A stretch of DNA of 64,000 nt from Wickerhamiella versatilis (taxonomy: Eukaryota): contig JAQOWU010000001.1 in NCBI GenBank assembly GCA_030867685.1, forward strand, positions 310,001 through 374,000. Direction: 5' to 3'. Shown piece by piece: positions 20,134 to 30,515 of this stretch. Each line of letters begins with the position of its first letter. Position 1 is the first letter of the stretch. Made by a program: the position numbers and the translations under genes. The notes beneath the pieces were generated by a model. It searched no databases, had not been told where the DNA came from, and worked only from the letters and a program-made list of their open reading frames with translations.

Positions 20134-22029
20134 CTAGATCTCGAAACCCTGGGAAGTGACAAACATGTCTTCACCTTCATCCTCATTCATGTGCTCGTCT
20201 TCTTCCATCGGTGCTGGTCTCGGAGAAGGAGACCGTTTAGTATCACCTCTTCCCGCAAATTTATGTTTAATACCGGAATCGTAAAAGCTTTGGCTAAGCT
20301 TAATATCGTTCTCGTCATAGAGATCTATTCCATCCTTGGGTGGTGGTGGTCTGAAGGACTGAGGTGCCAAGCTTCGGCCACCGTACTGATTATCCAAGAA
20401 AGTATCATCAACAAACGTAAAGCCTTGAAATTTGTCCTGCATTCCCGGAGATAGGGGGGTACCACCAAACTCGCGACTCAAGGATGCACCTGTAAATTCG
20501 GGATCAAAATTAGATGTGTCGTCCTCACTGCTAACATGAGGTTTGTAGGGTGGCGGGATCTGCTTTCTCTTAAGCATTTCAAAATCGATATCCTTGAAGA
20601 ATGGATGAGACATTAGTTCCAACGCATCATTCGTGGCACCCAATCGATGCTTAGGATTTCGATTTAACAGGCCCTTAACAAAATCCCGCCCTTCTGGAGA
20701 TAGAGCGTCTTTAGGAAATCGCACCTTACCAAACGCGATATTCTTGTACATTTGTTGGCTGTCACTAGCATAAAAAGGACTCCACCCGCAGCACATCTCA
20801 AATATTAACACTCCTAGCGACCAAAAGTCCACCATCTTAGTATACCCCTTATCATCCAGGAGAACTTCTGGGGCAAGATACTCTGTAGTTCCGCAAAACG
20901 TATTTGTAGTCCCATTGTGTAAGTTTGCCTTGGAAAGACCAAAATCACAGAGAGCAATATGACCAGATGCGTCAAGTAAAATATTTTCCGGCTTGAGATC
21001 TCGGTAGACTATGTCGTTATCATGCAGATGTTTAAGAGCAACTATCAATTCAGCAATGTAGAATTTTGCTCTTGCCTCTGCAAAGCGTCCCTCTCGTTGC
21101 AAATGCCAAAAGAGCTCACCACCTGACATATAGTCTGTAACAAGATATAAATCTGTGGCAGTCTGAAAGGCAAATTTGAGACCAAGCAGGAACGGGCACT
21201 TTCCACCACCAGACGTACGCACTAATATGTCTCTTTCCCCAATGGTATGAGCAACCTCCTTTTTCTGCACTATAATTTTCTTCGACAGCACCTTCATAGC
21301 ATAAACACGCTTTGTGTCCTTCTTGCGAACTTGGTAAACCGTTCCAAATGTGCCTTTTCCAATTAGTCGCAGTTTCTCGAAATCTTGAGGACCATAATGG
21401 ACAGAAGGAGTTTGTTCAAACACGAAACTAACATGAACTTCGCCGGCAACGTGATCCGTAGGTACCCGTGGCCTCAGACGGTACCAGCCCTCCGCAAGGT
21501 GAGAAGTCGAGAAATCGGGCCGTATTGTACACCATCCTAAAAATTTGTCGTCATTACCAGCGTCATAAACTGAAACCTCTATATCAGCGTATCTTGTGAC
21601 ATCGAACTGAGCCTCATCCTTCCATTCGGGATTTGATCTAGAACGTTTGGCCATAGCAAGTCGCGGTTGTGACGAACGACTTGGAATAGCTATCCCTGTT
21701 GGGTCTGGTACGTTTGCTGAGCGACTAACATGCTCCGAGGATGAACATGCCACTACTACATAGGGGTTGCTACGCTCATTAACAGTTAGCCCCCGAGCTT
21801 CACTGATGCGAACTTTTAACTTTCCCTTTGCCTGTTGTGCCGCATTGGGTATTGATATCCGTGTACTACCATTTTCATGGCCAGACAGAGAAGTGGCGTC
21901 TCGCATCTCTTCGTCAATAGAGCTTGACCCATAATTTGTAGTGACAGCAGTGGTTGCAGGTGCAAAAGGACCTGCTGGTGGAATAATAGCCCCCTTTCCG
22001 CCGCCAAAATTCCAAAATCCTGGGATCAT
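20134..22029 (-). CDS. SCH9: AGC kinase Sch9 (C2 domain + kinase + AGC tail)
   Basis: HYGPQDFEKLRLIGKGTFG, FCGTTEYLAPE, CGWSPFY, hydrophobic motif FQGFTF. Confidence 0.95.
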   Translation of the reverse strand: MIPGFWNFGGGKGAIIPPAGPFAPATTAVTTNYGSSSIDEEMRDATSLSGHENGSTRISIPNAAQQAKGKLKVRISEARGLTVNERSNPYVVVACSSSEHVSRSANVPDPTGIAIPSRSSQPRLAMAKRSRSNPEWKDEAQFDVTRYADIEVSVYDAGNDDKFLGWCTIRPDFSTSHLAEGWYRLRPRVPTDHVAGEVHVSFVFEQTPSVHYGPQDFEKLRLIGKGTFGTVYQVRKKDTKRVYAMKVLSKKIIVQKKEVAHTIGERDILVRTSGGGKCPFLLGLKFAFQTATDLYLVTDYMSGGELFWHLQREGRFAEARAKFYIAELIVALKHLHDNDIVYRDLKPENILLDASGHIALCDFGLSKANLHNGTTNTFCGTTEYLAPEVLLDDKGYTKMVDFWSLGVLIFEMCCGWSPFYASDSQQMYKNIAFGKVRFPKDALSPEGRDFVKGLLNRNPKHRLGATNDALELMSHPFFKDIDFEMLKRKQIPPPYKPHVSSEDDTSNFDPEFTGASLSREFGGTPLSPGMQDKFQGFTFVDDTFLDNQYGGRSLAPQSFRPPPPKDGIDLYDENDIKLSQSFYDSGIKHKFAGRGDTKRSPSPRPAPMEEDEHMNEDEGEDMFVTSQGFEI

Positions 22030-22536
22030 CAGCAACCAAGGTGATAAGGCTGATAGTAAGCAAGCTACTATTACTAACTTTCAAGCGAATCACATAACGT
22101 GGGCAAGTAGCTTGGATCGTTGAGGAGCTTGCGCGAAAAAAAACATTGCAGCTTTAATTTCACGCAATAATGCTCCTTCTCTGGAGTTTTTATGCAATCC
22201 ACTGCAGCCGGACCCACACTTAAATTCATCTGCTCGTATAATAATGGTATGATGGTATGATCCCCAGAAGCTGTGGTAGTTTTTTTCTATCTCCGCAGTA
22301 TTTTACTTCAAGCATGTGACAGTTCTTCTGAATTCATTGACTTGTCTTCTGTTTTCCATGTTCTCCTCGAAGTAGTTTGAAAGAAATGACTGCCACGAAG
22401 CACCACGAGACAGTAATTCCGATTTTCAAGTAGGAGTTATTTGAGGGATTTCATTGATCTTTTTTTTTGGTGATATTTCCATTAGCCTAAGAGAAACTCC
22501 GATAAACAGACCTGCCAGTTGTGTGTGGGCTAGGGT

Positions 22537-24279
22537 ATGCACCTATGGCCTCAATTCACTTTAGCTTTAGCAGCGCTGCCTCTCGAACATACCTTTACTA
22601 CAGAGAAGCTTGAATACTTGGGAAACCGTACAAGGGCTTTATTCAACCATGGTTTTGACTCATACGTAGCACACGCTCTACCCTTCGATGAGTTGAGACC
22701 ACTGACTTGCACTGGAGTAGGCGCTGACCCCGACGAACTGCATTTTGGCCGTAATGATGCCATGGGGAACTTTTCACTGACCTTGATCGATACTTTAGAT
22801 ACGTTGGCAATCCTAGGAGACCAGGAGCGCTTCGAGTGGTATGTGAACTCACTCGTAAATCTCAGCTTTGACGTGCCATCGGTAGTCTCAGTTTTCGAAA
22901 CCAATATAAGAGTTATTGGTGGACTACTAAGCGCTCATCTATATGCATCTGTCCCGCGACTAGGCCATGCGATTCCCGGATACAATGGGCATCTCCTAGC
23001 AAAGGCTTACGACCTGGCGGAACGTCTTCTAGCTGCATTCAGTTCACCTACAGGCATACCATATCCACGTGTAAACCTTCAAAAAGGAGTAGTACCTATA
23101 GGTGGTCGATATTGGACCGAAACGAGTGCTGCTGGTGCTGGTACATTAGTGCTCGAATGGGGATTGCTGTCCCGATTGACTGATGACCCTAGATTTGAAA
23201 GAGCAGCAAAACGAGCATTCTGGCAGGTATGGGCCCGTAGGTCTCCCTTGAACTTGCTAGGTATGGGACTCGATTGTGTATCAGGAAAATGGATAGAACC
23301 CTTCGGAACCGTGGCAGCATCAAGTGATAGCTGGTACGAATATGCCCTGAAATATGGATTGCTTTTTAATGACAGCTCGTTTATGAAGGTCTGGGAGGAG
23401 GCTTTTGAGGCACTGCAAAAGCACTCTACAACAGGATGGTTTTATACAGTGGTCAATATGTTCACGGGAAATATATTCGTGGGCTGGATTGACGCATTAG
23501 GCGCATTTTTTGGATCTGTTCAGGTGCTTTCAGGTCATATATTGGAAGCAGTAAAGCTTCATATAACTTACTTTAAGCTGTGGAATCAGTATGGTGGTCT
23601 CCCTGAACGATGGACCGCCCTTGGGCTAAGAAGTGGGATAGTAGAGCTTGAATGGTACCTTCTCAGACCAGAGTTCATTGAAACAACATACTACCTGTAC
23701 CAAGCAACCAGAGACCCATTCTACCTTCATGTAGGAGAGGCCATTCTTTCTGATATCGAAAACTGGAATGTGGTCGAGTGTGGTGTGGCGGCAACGCAGG
23801 ATGTGCGAACGGGATTGCTTGCCGATCGGCAAGATTCTTTCTTCCTGGGAGAAACCTTGAAATATTTGTACTTATTATTTGCCTCCAAACACCCTATTAA
23901 CCAGGATGATCGTGTGATCTTCTCAACGGAGGCGCATCCGTTCTGGTACGATCCTGATATCGTGGCTGAAGCAGGTGTCCATAAGTATTCATCCGCCATT
24001 GTCGTCCATTCTCCAAGCATTTTTCGATGGTTTTGGCGAGGAATGCAGGCTTCAACTCCGAAATTACCGAAGGGGAAACAAAAAGATACAATGTGCCCTG
24101 TATGGGGCCAACCATTATTTGGCTCGGGCGTGGCCTCGTGGAATCACTTTTACGATCTTGATGCTTTCTATAATTTCACGAAACCATCATGGTTGCCGCG
24201 TCAAAATGATATCGAGTTTGAAAATGACTTTAATTACAGGTATGTCACCAATTACGCTACATGTGCTGCACCATTTTAA
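22537..24279 (+). CDS. MNL1: GH47 ERAD alpha-1,2-mannosidase-like protein (EDEM/Htm1)
   Basis: DELRPLTC, VFETNIRVIGGLLSAH, LRPEFIE, DSFFLGETLKYLYLLF, STEAHP; signal peptide. Confidence 0.88.
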   Translation: MHLWPQFTLALAALPLEHTFTTEKLEYLGNRTRALFNHGFDSYVAHALPFDELRPLTCTGVGADPDELHFGRNDAMGNFSLTLIDTLDTLAILGDQERFEWYVNSLVNLSFDVPSVVSVFETNIRVIGGLLSAHLYASVPRLGHAIPGYNGHLLAKAYDLAERLLAAFSSPTGIPYPRVNLQKGVVPIGGRYWTETSAAGAGTLVLEWGLLSRLTDDPRFERAAKRAFWQVWARRSPLNLLGMGLDCVSGKWIEPFGTVAASSDSWYEYALKYGLLFNDSSFMKVWEEAFEALQKHSTTGWFYTVVNMFTGNIFVGWIDALGAFFGSVQVLSGHILEAVKLHITYFKLWNQYGGLPERWTALGLRSGIVELEWYLLRPEFIETTYYLYQATRDPFYLHVGEAILSDIENWNVVECGVAATQDVRTGLLADRQDSFFLGETLKYLYLLFASKHPINQDDRVIFSTEAHPFWYDPDIVAEAGVHKYSSAIVVHSPSIFRWFWRGMQASTPKLPKGKQKDTMCPVWGQPLFGSGVASWNHFYDLDAFYNFTKPSWLPRQNDIEFENDFNYRYVTNYATCAAPF

Positions 24280-24501
24280 GCTTCGCAGCCTGTGATGGAT
24301 ATAAAAAGCCTGAGAGTGATTATCAGCCTCATCAAGTGTATTTGACGATAAGGAATTACGTCTTGCATGTGTGGAGACACGTATGTAAAGAGGGCTGCTG
24401 CTTTTGTGGCCATGTCAAAATAATCAGATCTAGTTCTGCTAGAGGATCCTTATTTTCTATATATTTCAGTGTCATAGAATCATTAATAGACAAGTGCATA
24501 T

Positions 24502-25197
24502 TCAATCATCAACGCTCAAACGTTTTCCCGGTGGTTTTCCTGAAGCTCCCTCCAATTCTTTATTTTTTGGTGGTAACAGATCTCCGGCAATAACTTTGAT
24601 CCAGTCAATATCTAAGGAGTAGGGACCGTATTGCCCATCTATCAGCCCTATACCAATACTGCGTATGGCACTAGTGTCAAGTCTTTCCTGCTGTTGGATC
24701 ACGCCACCATTCGTTAGGATGAAATTTGCGAATGACACTGTAACAGTTTCCCACTCACCAGGAGTCTTGAGGAAAAGGCGATGCTGGTACAAGTCAGTCG
24801 GGTATGGAGTATCTGACTGAATATTTACAAAATACTTTCGGCGGTCACCACGAACACGAAGAGCTACCTGGTTGAAAAAAGACCAATCCATAAATTCAAT
24901 ATCATTGCTAAGAGAACCCCACCACGGAGGTTTGATATCCTTCGTGCGAAACATTGAGTACCCAAGTCTAACTATATCAGGCCGGTCATCAGGCAAATCA
25001 AGGCTAAGATCACCGTGAAAGCGGGCAAACAAAGATTGCCCTTCCCGAACCTCATCAAGATGGCAAGTACTGAAACCACCAAGATCTTGGTCACACCGAG
25101 TAAAAAGCCTACTAAGGTTTGTTTCAGGATGACGCAGGTTCAAGATAGTTCTCTCTCTCAATTGTTCAGTTTGCGGCCCTAGGAAGCGTTTAAACAT
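24502..25197 (-). CDS. CIA30: Complex I intermediate-associated protein 30 (NDUFAF1)
   Basis: CDQDLGGFS, FHGDLSLDLP, LRVRGDRRKYFVNIQ, GPYSLDIDWIK. Confidence 0.9.
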   Translation of the reverse strand: MFKRFLGPQTEQLRERTILNLRHPETNLSRLFTRCDQDLGGFSTCHLDEVREGQSLFARFHGDLSLDLPDDRPDIVRLGYSMFRTKDIKPPWWGSLSNDIEFMDWSFFNQVALRVRGDRRKYFVNIQSDTPYPTDLYQHRLFLKTPGEWETVTVSFANFILTNGGVIQQQERLDTSAIRSIGIGLIDGQYGPYSLDIDWIKVIAGDLLPPKNKELEGASGKPPGKRLSVDD

Positions 25198-25589
25198 AGC
25201 TCGGATGATGTAATCAACAGCACTTCGTTCACAAGAACTGATGGCTCTTCACGCTTCTTCACATAGAATTTTCTTTTTCTAAATTTTACTCATTATTTTA
25301 GCTGTGATTTCTTAATCTCAACACAATTCTTCTATCCTCGATGGGTGTTCAAGGAATGAATTTGATCACCAAGCCCTATTCCTTTCCATGAGAATATCTA
25401 TGTGTCTACCTTTCTTCTAGCATACTATTTTTTCAAAGCTGGTGCTAATTCCTCAATATTTAGCCTGTCTTTCCTAAGCTATGCATACTTACCCTCTTAG
25501 GCTTCCTCTTTTCCTAAATGAGCATTATGTTACAAAAGTGGTAGGTAGCATGTAAGTAACTCTTAGCTGTATATCGCTGTTTACCATCA

Positions 25590-26954
25590 ATGGGCAAAGC
25601 GACGACTCTCTCTGAGGCTGAACGACAACCTGCTCGCTGGACAGATACTCTATGGATCGCAATTTTCCTAAGTGTTACCATAGGCTTTGTGGTGATAGCT
25701 GCCGTTGACTTGTCCGACTATGTAAAAACAAGTTGTTTCCGATTGACAATTGGTGATCCTCGAGTTATTTTGTTTGATCCTCATGTACTCGCTATCATGG
25801 CAGCTTGTATCCTCACTGCTATGGCTTTAAGTGCTTTATATTATTCCCTGGCTGCCGTATTTACCCAGTACTTCGTATGGATTACAATATTGTTACAGCT
25901 TGCTGTTTCGCTGGGATCTTCTGTATTTTATTTGGTAGAGCAAAAGTGGCTAGAAGGGACATTGTGCCTAATGTGGATGCTACTATCCATTTTCGTATAT
26001 TGGTTGCTGAAAGATAATGTCAAGCATGCCACTTCTATACTGGTTGCTGTTATGGACGTAGCTTCACATCACCCAATGACAATAATTGTGGGTGCTGTAG
26101 CAGCACTCCTCACCGCTGCATGGTCCGTGCTCGTGGGCAGCGTCATTCTAGCTGGTTTGGGCAAATTAGAGACTGGAAAGTGTGCTGCAAATGGTCGTCG
26201 GAGACCTGAGCCTGAGTTCCTTGGATTGCTTGTGTACTTGGCCGTTGCAAACTATACAATGGGAGAGGTAATAAAGGCAATTGTGCGGATATCACTGTGC
26301 AATGTCTACGGTTGGTGGTTTTACGAGGTTAAGAATCGCCCGAGATATCTTTGCATGGACGGGCTTAAAAAGGCATTTTCATGCTCCCTGGGATCTCTTT
26401 GTTTTGCAAGCTTTTGGATTGCAGTGGTTAGTGTAGCAACCCAGATATTAGGGGCCTTATCACAGCTGCTTATGACCAACGGCACCGAAGTATCCATCGT
26501 CCTCACTGCGTGGCTAATTAATAGGTTCGTTTGCGTATTTGACTGTATCTTGTCGCATTTCACGAACTACATTCTCGTACATATTTGCCTTTACAATCAT
26601 TCATACATCCAAGGAGCTCAAAGTTCTGCTCGGATTTTGAAAGCAGAAGGTAGGCGAGCGGTAGCCAATGACTTTCTCGCAGGTGGAACACTGACATTTG
26701 GTAGCTGGTGCATTGGAACATGCTCAGCCCTGGTCTGTTATCTTTACCTACGTTGCTTGGGTGACTATCCGATGGAAGGCGTTTATTTCCTAACTGCATA
26801 CACCACAGTAATCGGGATGCAGATAGGATCTGTATTTACTACATGTATTGCGTCTGGTGTTCAGACTCTTTTTGTCGCGATGGCGGTAGATCCTCACCGT
26901 TTACAAGAAACCCATCCCGAAGCTTTTGAAACCTTGATGGAAACAAGACGTTGA
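25590..26954 (+). CDS. PNS1: Choline transporter-like (CTL/Pns1) membrane protein
   Basis: About 10 TM segments; SLGSLCFAS, FTNYILVHICLY...YIQGA, SGVQTLFVAMA.DP. Confidence 0.75.
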   Translation: MGKATTLSEAERQPARWTDTLWIAIFLSVTIGFVVIAAVDLSDYVKTSCFRLTIGDPRVILFDPHVLAIMAACILTAMALSALYYSLAAVFTQYFVWITILLQLAVSLGSSVFYLVEQKWLEGTLCLMWMLLSIFVYWLLKDNVKHATSILVAVMDVASHHPMTIIVGAVAALLTAAWSVLVGSVILAGLGKLETGKCAANGRRRPEPEFLGLLVYLAVANYTMGEVIKAIVRISLCNVYGWWFYEVKNRPRYLCMDGLKKAFSCSLGSLCFASFWIAVVSVATQILGALSQLLMTNGTEVSIVLTAWLINRFVCVFDCILSHFTNYILVHICLYNHSYIQGAQSSARILKAEGRRAVANDFLAGGTLTFGSWCIGTCSALVCYLYLRCLGDYPMEGVYFLTAYTTVIGMQIGSVFTTCIASGVQTLFVAMAVDPHRLQETHPEAFETLMETRR

Positions 26955-27051
26955 GAACTACAAGTATTCTCGATATTAATGTAAAGAAATGTCCTGTGTG
27001 TAATCGCATGAAACTTTACTCTATTAATATTATTCGAAAATTATTGAAGCC

Positions 27052-28284
27052 TTAAGTGCTTGCTGGAATCTCTATAGTATGGCTTACCGGGTTTTTCTCA
27101 AAATGAACAGACTTCGCGCGCTGACGATTAGAATTCTTATTAACCTTTTCATCTGCTACCCCATCTGGCACCCTTCTCTCTTGCTTGCAGCGGTTACATC
27201 CACATGAGAAGCCCCAATTCTGCAGTAAGAGCGATTCGCGCTCAGCCAATTGTAATTCAGGATTAACATAGGTAACGGTAAGCTCCTGACCAGCTTTTAT
27301 ATCATTATTTGCTCGAACCACCACACCTTCAACCTTTCCAACAACTTCCACCGAAAGATTTGGCTCACAGGAATGGTTGAGGCGAGAATGTGTCGCAAAG
27401 AGACACCCGTCAACATTATTTATGTTCACCATTCCAATACCCTCCATGTATTGTTCATAAGTGATTGATGAAACTGGCTTAATTACCGCCGAAAAAAGTT
27501 TGAACCCCTCGTGCCACATTTGCTCCAGTTGTTCAAACTCCAGAGAGCCAGGTTGACTCACCGCCTTCTGTCGTATATCCTGGCGGATCGTGGCCATTGC
27601 TGCAAGATTTTTTGACATTTCCGAAAATCCGCGTCTTGAACCATCAAGTTTCAATTGCTTTAACATTGTGAGGCCATACAATAAGCCTGCCTTCCAGCCG
27701 TTCTCGAGACAGAATTGTTCGTATTCTTTCCAAATAGACGAACGGATTCTAGATCCTTTGAGATGGAATGTATCTACGTGGAGGAAATCAGCCCTTTTGC
27801 AGGCAAACCCACACCAATTTCCGGTGCATGTGATACAAGCCACCGATTTCGCCCTTAACGGCGTGGCACAGTAGGCACAGCACCTACCCGCGCGCATTAG
27901 TCGTAACATTTCGAGAGGCGGTGCTTGAACTAAGGGCTCTTCCTTCCAGAGTATATCTCCCTTCTTGAAAGGCATTGTCGTGAATAGTCCTTGGCCTCGT
28001 GACTTCGTCATCTGTAGTTTGACACCGGGAGGCAGAACCAGATCATAGTTAGGAACTGTTCGGGTCTCCTTGACATAATGGAAAGCTGGCTCTTGTGCCC
28101 CAAGATTGAATTCCTTTAAGCACTGCTTCATGCGCTTTTCACTCAATGACCATGTCGGGTTTAGTTCCTTCAGCTTGGCTAGCAATTTAGCATAGGACAG
28201 CTTGCTTGCCGAGTCATCCTCTTTCCATAGTTTAACAACCCCTGCGGCAACCTCCCGAGATCCGGGAGTGTAGTTTCTCTCCAT
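27052..28284 (-). CDS. SET5: SMYD-type SET domain lysine methyltransferase
   Basis: RGQGLF, MYND-like Cys cluster, LNHSCEPN, ELTVTYVNP, WGFSCGCNRC. Confidence 0.85.
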   Translation of the reverse strand: MERNYTPGSREVAAGVVKLWKEDDSASKLSYAKLLAKLKELNPTWSLSEKRMKQCLKEFNLGAQEPAFHYVKETRTVPNYDLVLPPGVKLQMTKSRGQGLFTTMPFKKGDILWKEEPLVQAPPLEMLRLMRAGRCCAYCATPLRAKSVACITCTGNWCGFACKRADFLHVDTFHLKGSRIRSSIWKEYEQFCLENGWKAGLLYGLTMLKQLKLDGSRRGFSEMSKNLAAMATIRQDIRQKAVSQPGSLEFEQLEQMWHEGFKLFSAVIKPVSSITYEQYMEGIGMVNINNVDGCLFATHSRLNHSCEPNLSVEVVGKVEGVVVRANNDIKAGQELTVTYVNPELQLAERESLLLQNWGFSCGCNRCKQERRVPDGVADEKVNKNSNRQRAKSVHFEKNPVSHTIEIPAST

Positions 28285-28492
28285 ACCTAGATGGATTTTA
28301 GCTCAGGTTAGTTGGGGAACTTAGTCAAATGTTTGCATCACGTGTTAGCAGATAACACCTGGGAATCAACTTATTGATGGCCAAACAAATTAATTATTAC
28401 CATTTGGTGTTAATTTGCAGAATCCTAGTAGATCTATAATTACAACAATTCACATTGTTAGCTATCTAAGGTACTTTATATTATAAGCTGAC

Positions 28493-29014
28493 ATGAGCTG
28501 GCTCAGGCGTGCTGCTGCCGGATGTGTGGCCGCTGGTGGGGGTTATACAGCAGGACTCTGGGTTAATGGTAAAATCACCTATGCACCATTGCGTAGCGAG
28601 GACTGGATAATGAATCAGTTACAAGGAGTACCTCCTGTATCACATCATGAATACGCAGTTACCACACCAGAGCCTCTTCAAATACTGGGCGTTCCGGGGG
28701 GTCTAAGCTACATTGGAGCATGGCGGGCCACTGATGATCCATTCCGTACGGTGACTTTAGCATACTGTGGTCCTCGTTCTTGTGGATTTCCCTTCATGGT
28801 TCATGGCGGGGTGCTGGCCACACTTGTCTACGATGCTCTTCGTGTTGCTGAAAACGAGCCATTAAAAGGCAAACTTGAAATACTTTATAGGTCTCCAGCC
28901 ATTGTTGATGAAATCATACGCATAGATACACGGAAAGAGCCCGGCAAAAGTAGTGAGGCAGAAATCAAGACCTTGCATGGACGAACATTAGTGCGAGCTC
29001 TTTACCACTCTTAG
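28493..29014 (+). CDS. FMP10: Mitochondrial hotdog-fold thioesterase (Fmp10/THEM4-like)
   Basis: Presequence MSWLRRAA and motif CGFPFMVHGGVLATL. Confidence 0.7.
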   Translation: MSWLRRAAAGCVAAGGGYTAGLWVNGKITYAPLRSEDWIMNQLQGVPPVSHHEYAVTTPEPLQILGVPGGLSYIGAWRATDDPFRTVTLAYCGPRSCGFPFMVHGGVLATLVYDALRVAENEPLKGKLEILYRSPAIVDEIIRIDTRKEPGKSSEAEIKTLHGRTLVRALYHS

Positions 29015-29138
29015 CAGTCTTGAGCAATTATATAGCTTGTATTTTTTACGAATTACTTTATTTCTAGGCTTAATTTTTCTTTCCCCTGATAGCTTCGGAG
29101 ACTCGTTAGTCCCACTGACTAAACCTGTTCAGGACTAT

Positions 29139-30437
29139 ATGCCTGGAGATGAGGTAGCTAACGAGCTGGAAGCAAAGCCCGTCCCCTACAAAATTGCCCA
29201 CCCATTAGAGGTAGAACCTGCACTTCTTAATGCGCCAACCTATGATGTTCTTCCTACAATGGCGTTCATGATAAATACGCCAGTGAACGCTTTGGCTGCA
29301 TCTTATGGTATGCGATATCTTTTTATGGGTAGTGAAGATGGATTCATTCGCCAGTTTGACTTCAGGGACACTGTTAATGGGAAGCAACTGCTAACCTCAG
29401 GCCAGCGGCATCAAGTTGCGGACACGGTGACAAAAGGTGGAGTGATTGTGCAATACTGGGAAAATGAGCAGCCGCAGTATGATTATCCAGATGAGCCGCA
29501 GTATTTACCTGTAATTAGTCCTGTCCATTCGCTTGCTGCACACAGTGAGGCATTATGGCTCTGTGCTGGGTTAGAGAGTGGTGGTATTTCTTTACAAAAT
29601 GTGCGTTGTGGACCGGATGTTGGACAGATTCTTGCCTATCTTGATGGGCATACAGGACCTGTCAGTGATATGCAGCTTCAAAGTGATGAAAAGCATCTAC
29701 TTAGCGCATCATGGGACCGGTCGGTGCGGCTGTGGGATCTCAATACAGGACAAGAAGCGGCAAGGTGGTCCAATCTCAGCAGCCAGCTTAGTACTGTTGC
29801 TTGGCAGCCTCTAGGAGCCCCGCTACCGGAGGGCGCTGATGATGATGAGAGCGTTGGATCACTCTTCGGGGATGAGGAGGAAGAGCAGACCCCACACCAG
29901 GCTAATGACGGCAACGTTTTCCTCAGTGCAACATTTAATGGTTGTCTAGAATTATGGGACTCACGGCAGCAGAACCGTGTTATGCTTTTGGGTCAGCGAA
30001 AGCCCAGTCAGGCTCCGCCCTGGTGCATGTCATGCTGCTGGGGCTATGACGGGGTATCAGTTTACGCAGGACGTCGAAACTCAACCGTTGAAGAATACGA
30101 TATTCGAAATTCAGGTGGAACTACGAAAGTTTTAAAGTTTCCCTCAATATCTGGCCCTGTGTCGAGCGTGCTTGCACTGCCCAACCGCCGGGGACTCCTA
30201 TGTGGTTCGCGTGATAATGTTCGACTATGGGATCTTGGTTCAGAGCATAAAATTCCTTTTTATATTATTCCAGGTCACCATGGAACTGTGGTGAGCAGAA
30301 TGATTCTTGATGAAACAGGTAGGTTCCTTGTAACTGCTACGGGAGGCCGTGGTTGGCAGCCGGCCACTTCAGAGTTCGCGTTGGGTTACGAAATTGGACC
30401 TGAAGGTGCCAGGGATGAGGATGCCGATGCTGATTAG
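29139..30437 (+). CDS. SPT8: SAGA WD40 subunit Spt8 (start taken at first ATG)
   Basis: GSEDGFIR, YWENE, SPVHSLA, PPWCMS, YAGRRN, IPGHHG. Confidence 0.88.
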   Translation: MPGDEVANELEAKPVPYKIAHPLEVEPALLNAPTYDVLPTMAFMINTPVNALAASYGMRYLFMGSEDGFIRQFDFRDTVNGKQLLTSGQRHQVADTVTKGGVIVQYWENEQPQYDYPDEPQYLPVISPVHSLAAHSEALWLCAGLESGGISLQNVRCGPDVGQILAYLDGHTGPVSDMQLQSDEKHLLSASWDRSVRLWDLNTGQEAARWSNLSSQLSTVAWQPLGAPLPEGADDDESVGSLFGDEEEEQTPHQANDGNVFLSATFNGCLELWDSRQQNRVMLLGQRKPSQAPPWCMSCCWGYDGVSVYAGRRNSTVEEYDIRNSGGTTKVLKFPSISGPVSSVLALPNRRGLLCGSRDNVRLWDLGSEHKIPFYIIPGHHGTVVSRMILDETGRFLVTATGGRGWQPATSEFALGYEIGPEGARDEDADAD

Positions 30438-30515
30438 CATCATCCAAAAAAATAAAGCGGAAAATAACGGTTTATAATTTATTTTGAGTAGAAATAGTTC
30501 TCTAGAGGCTTTATC

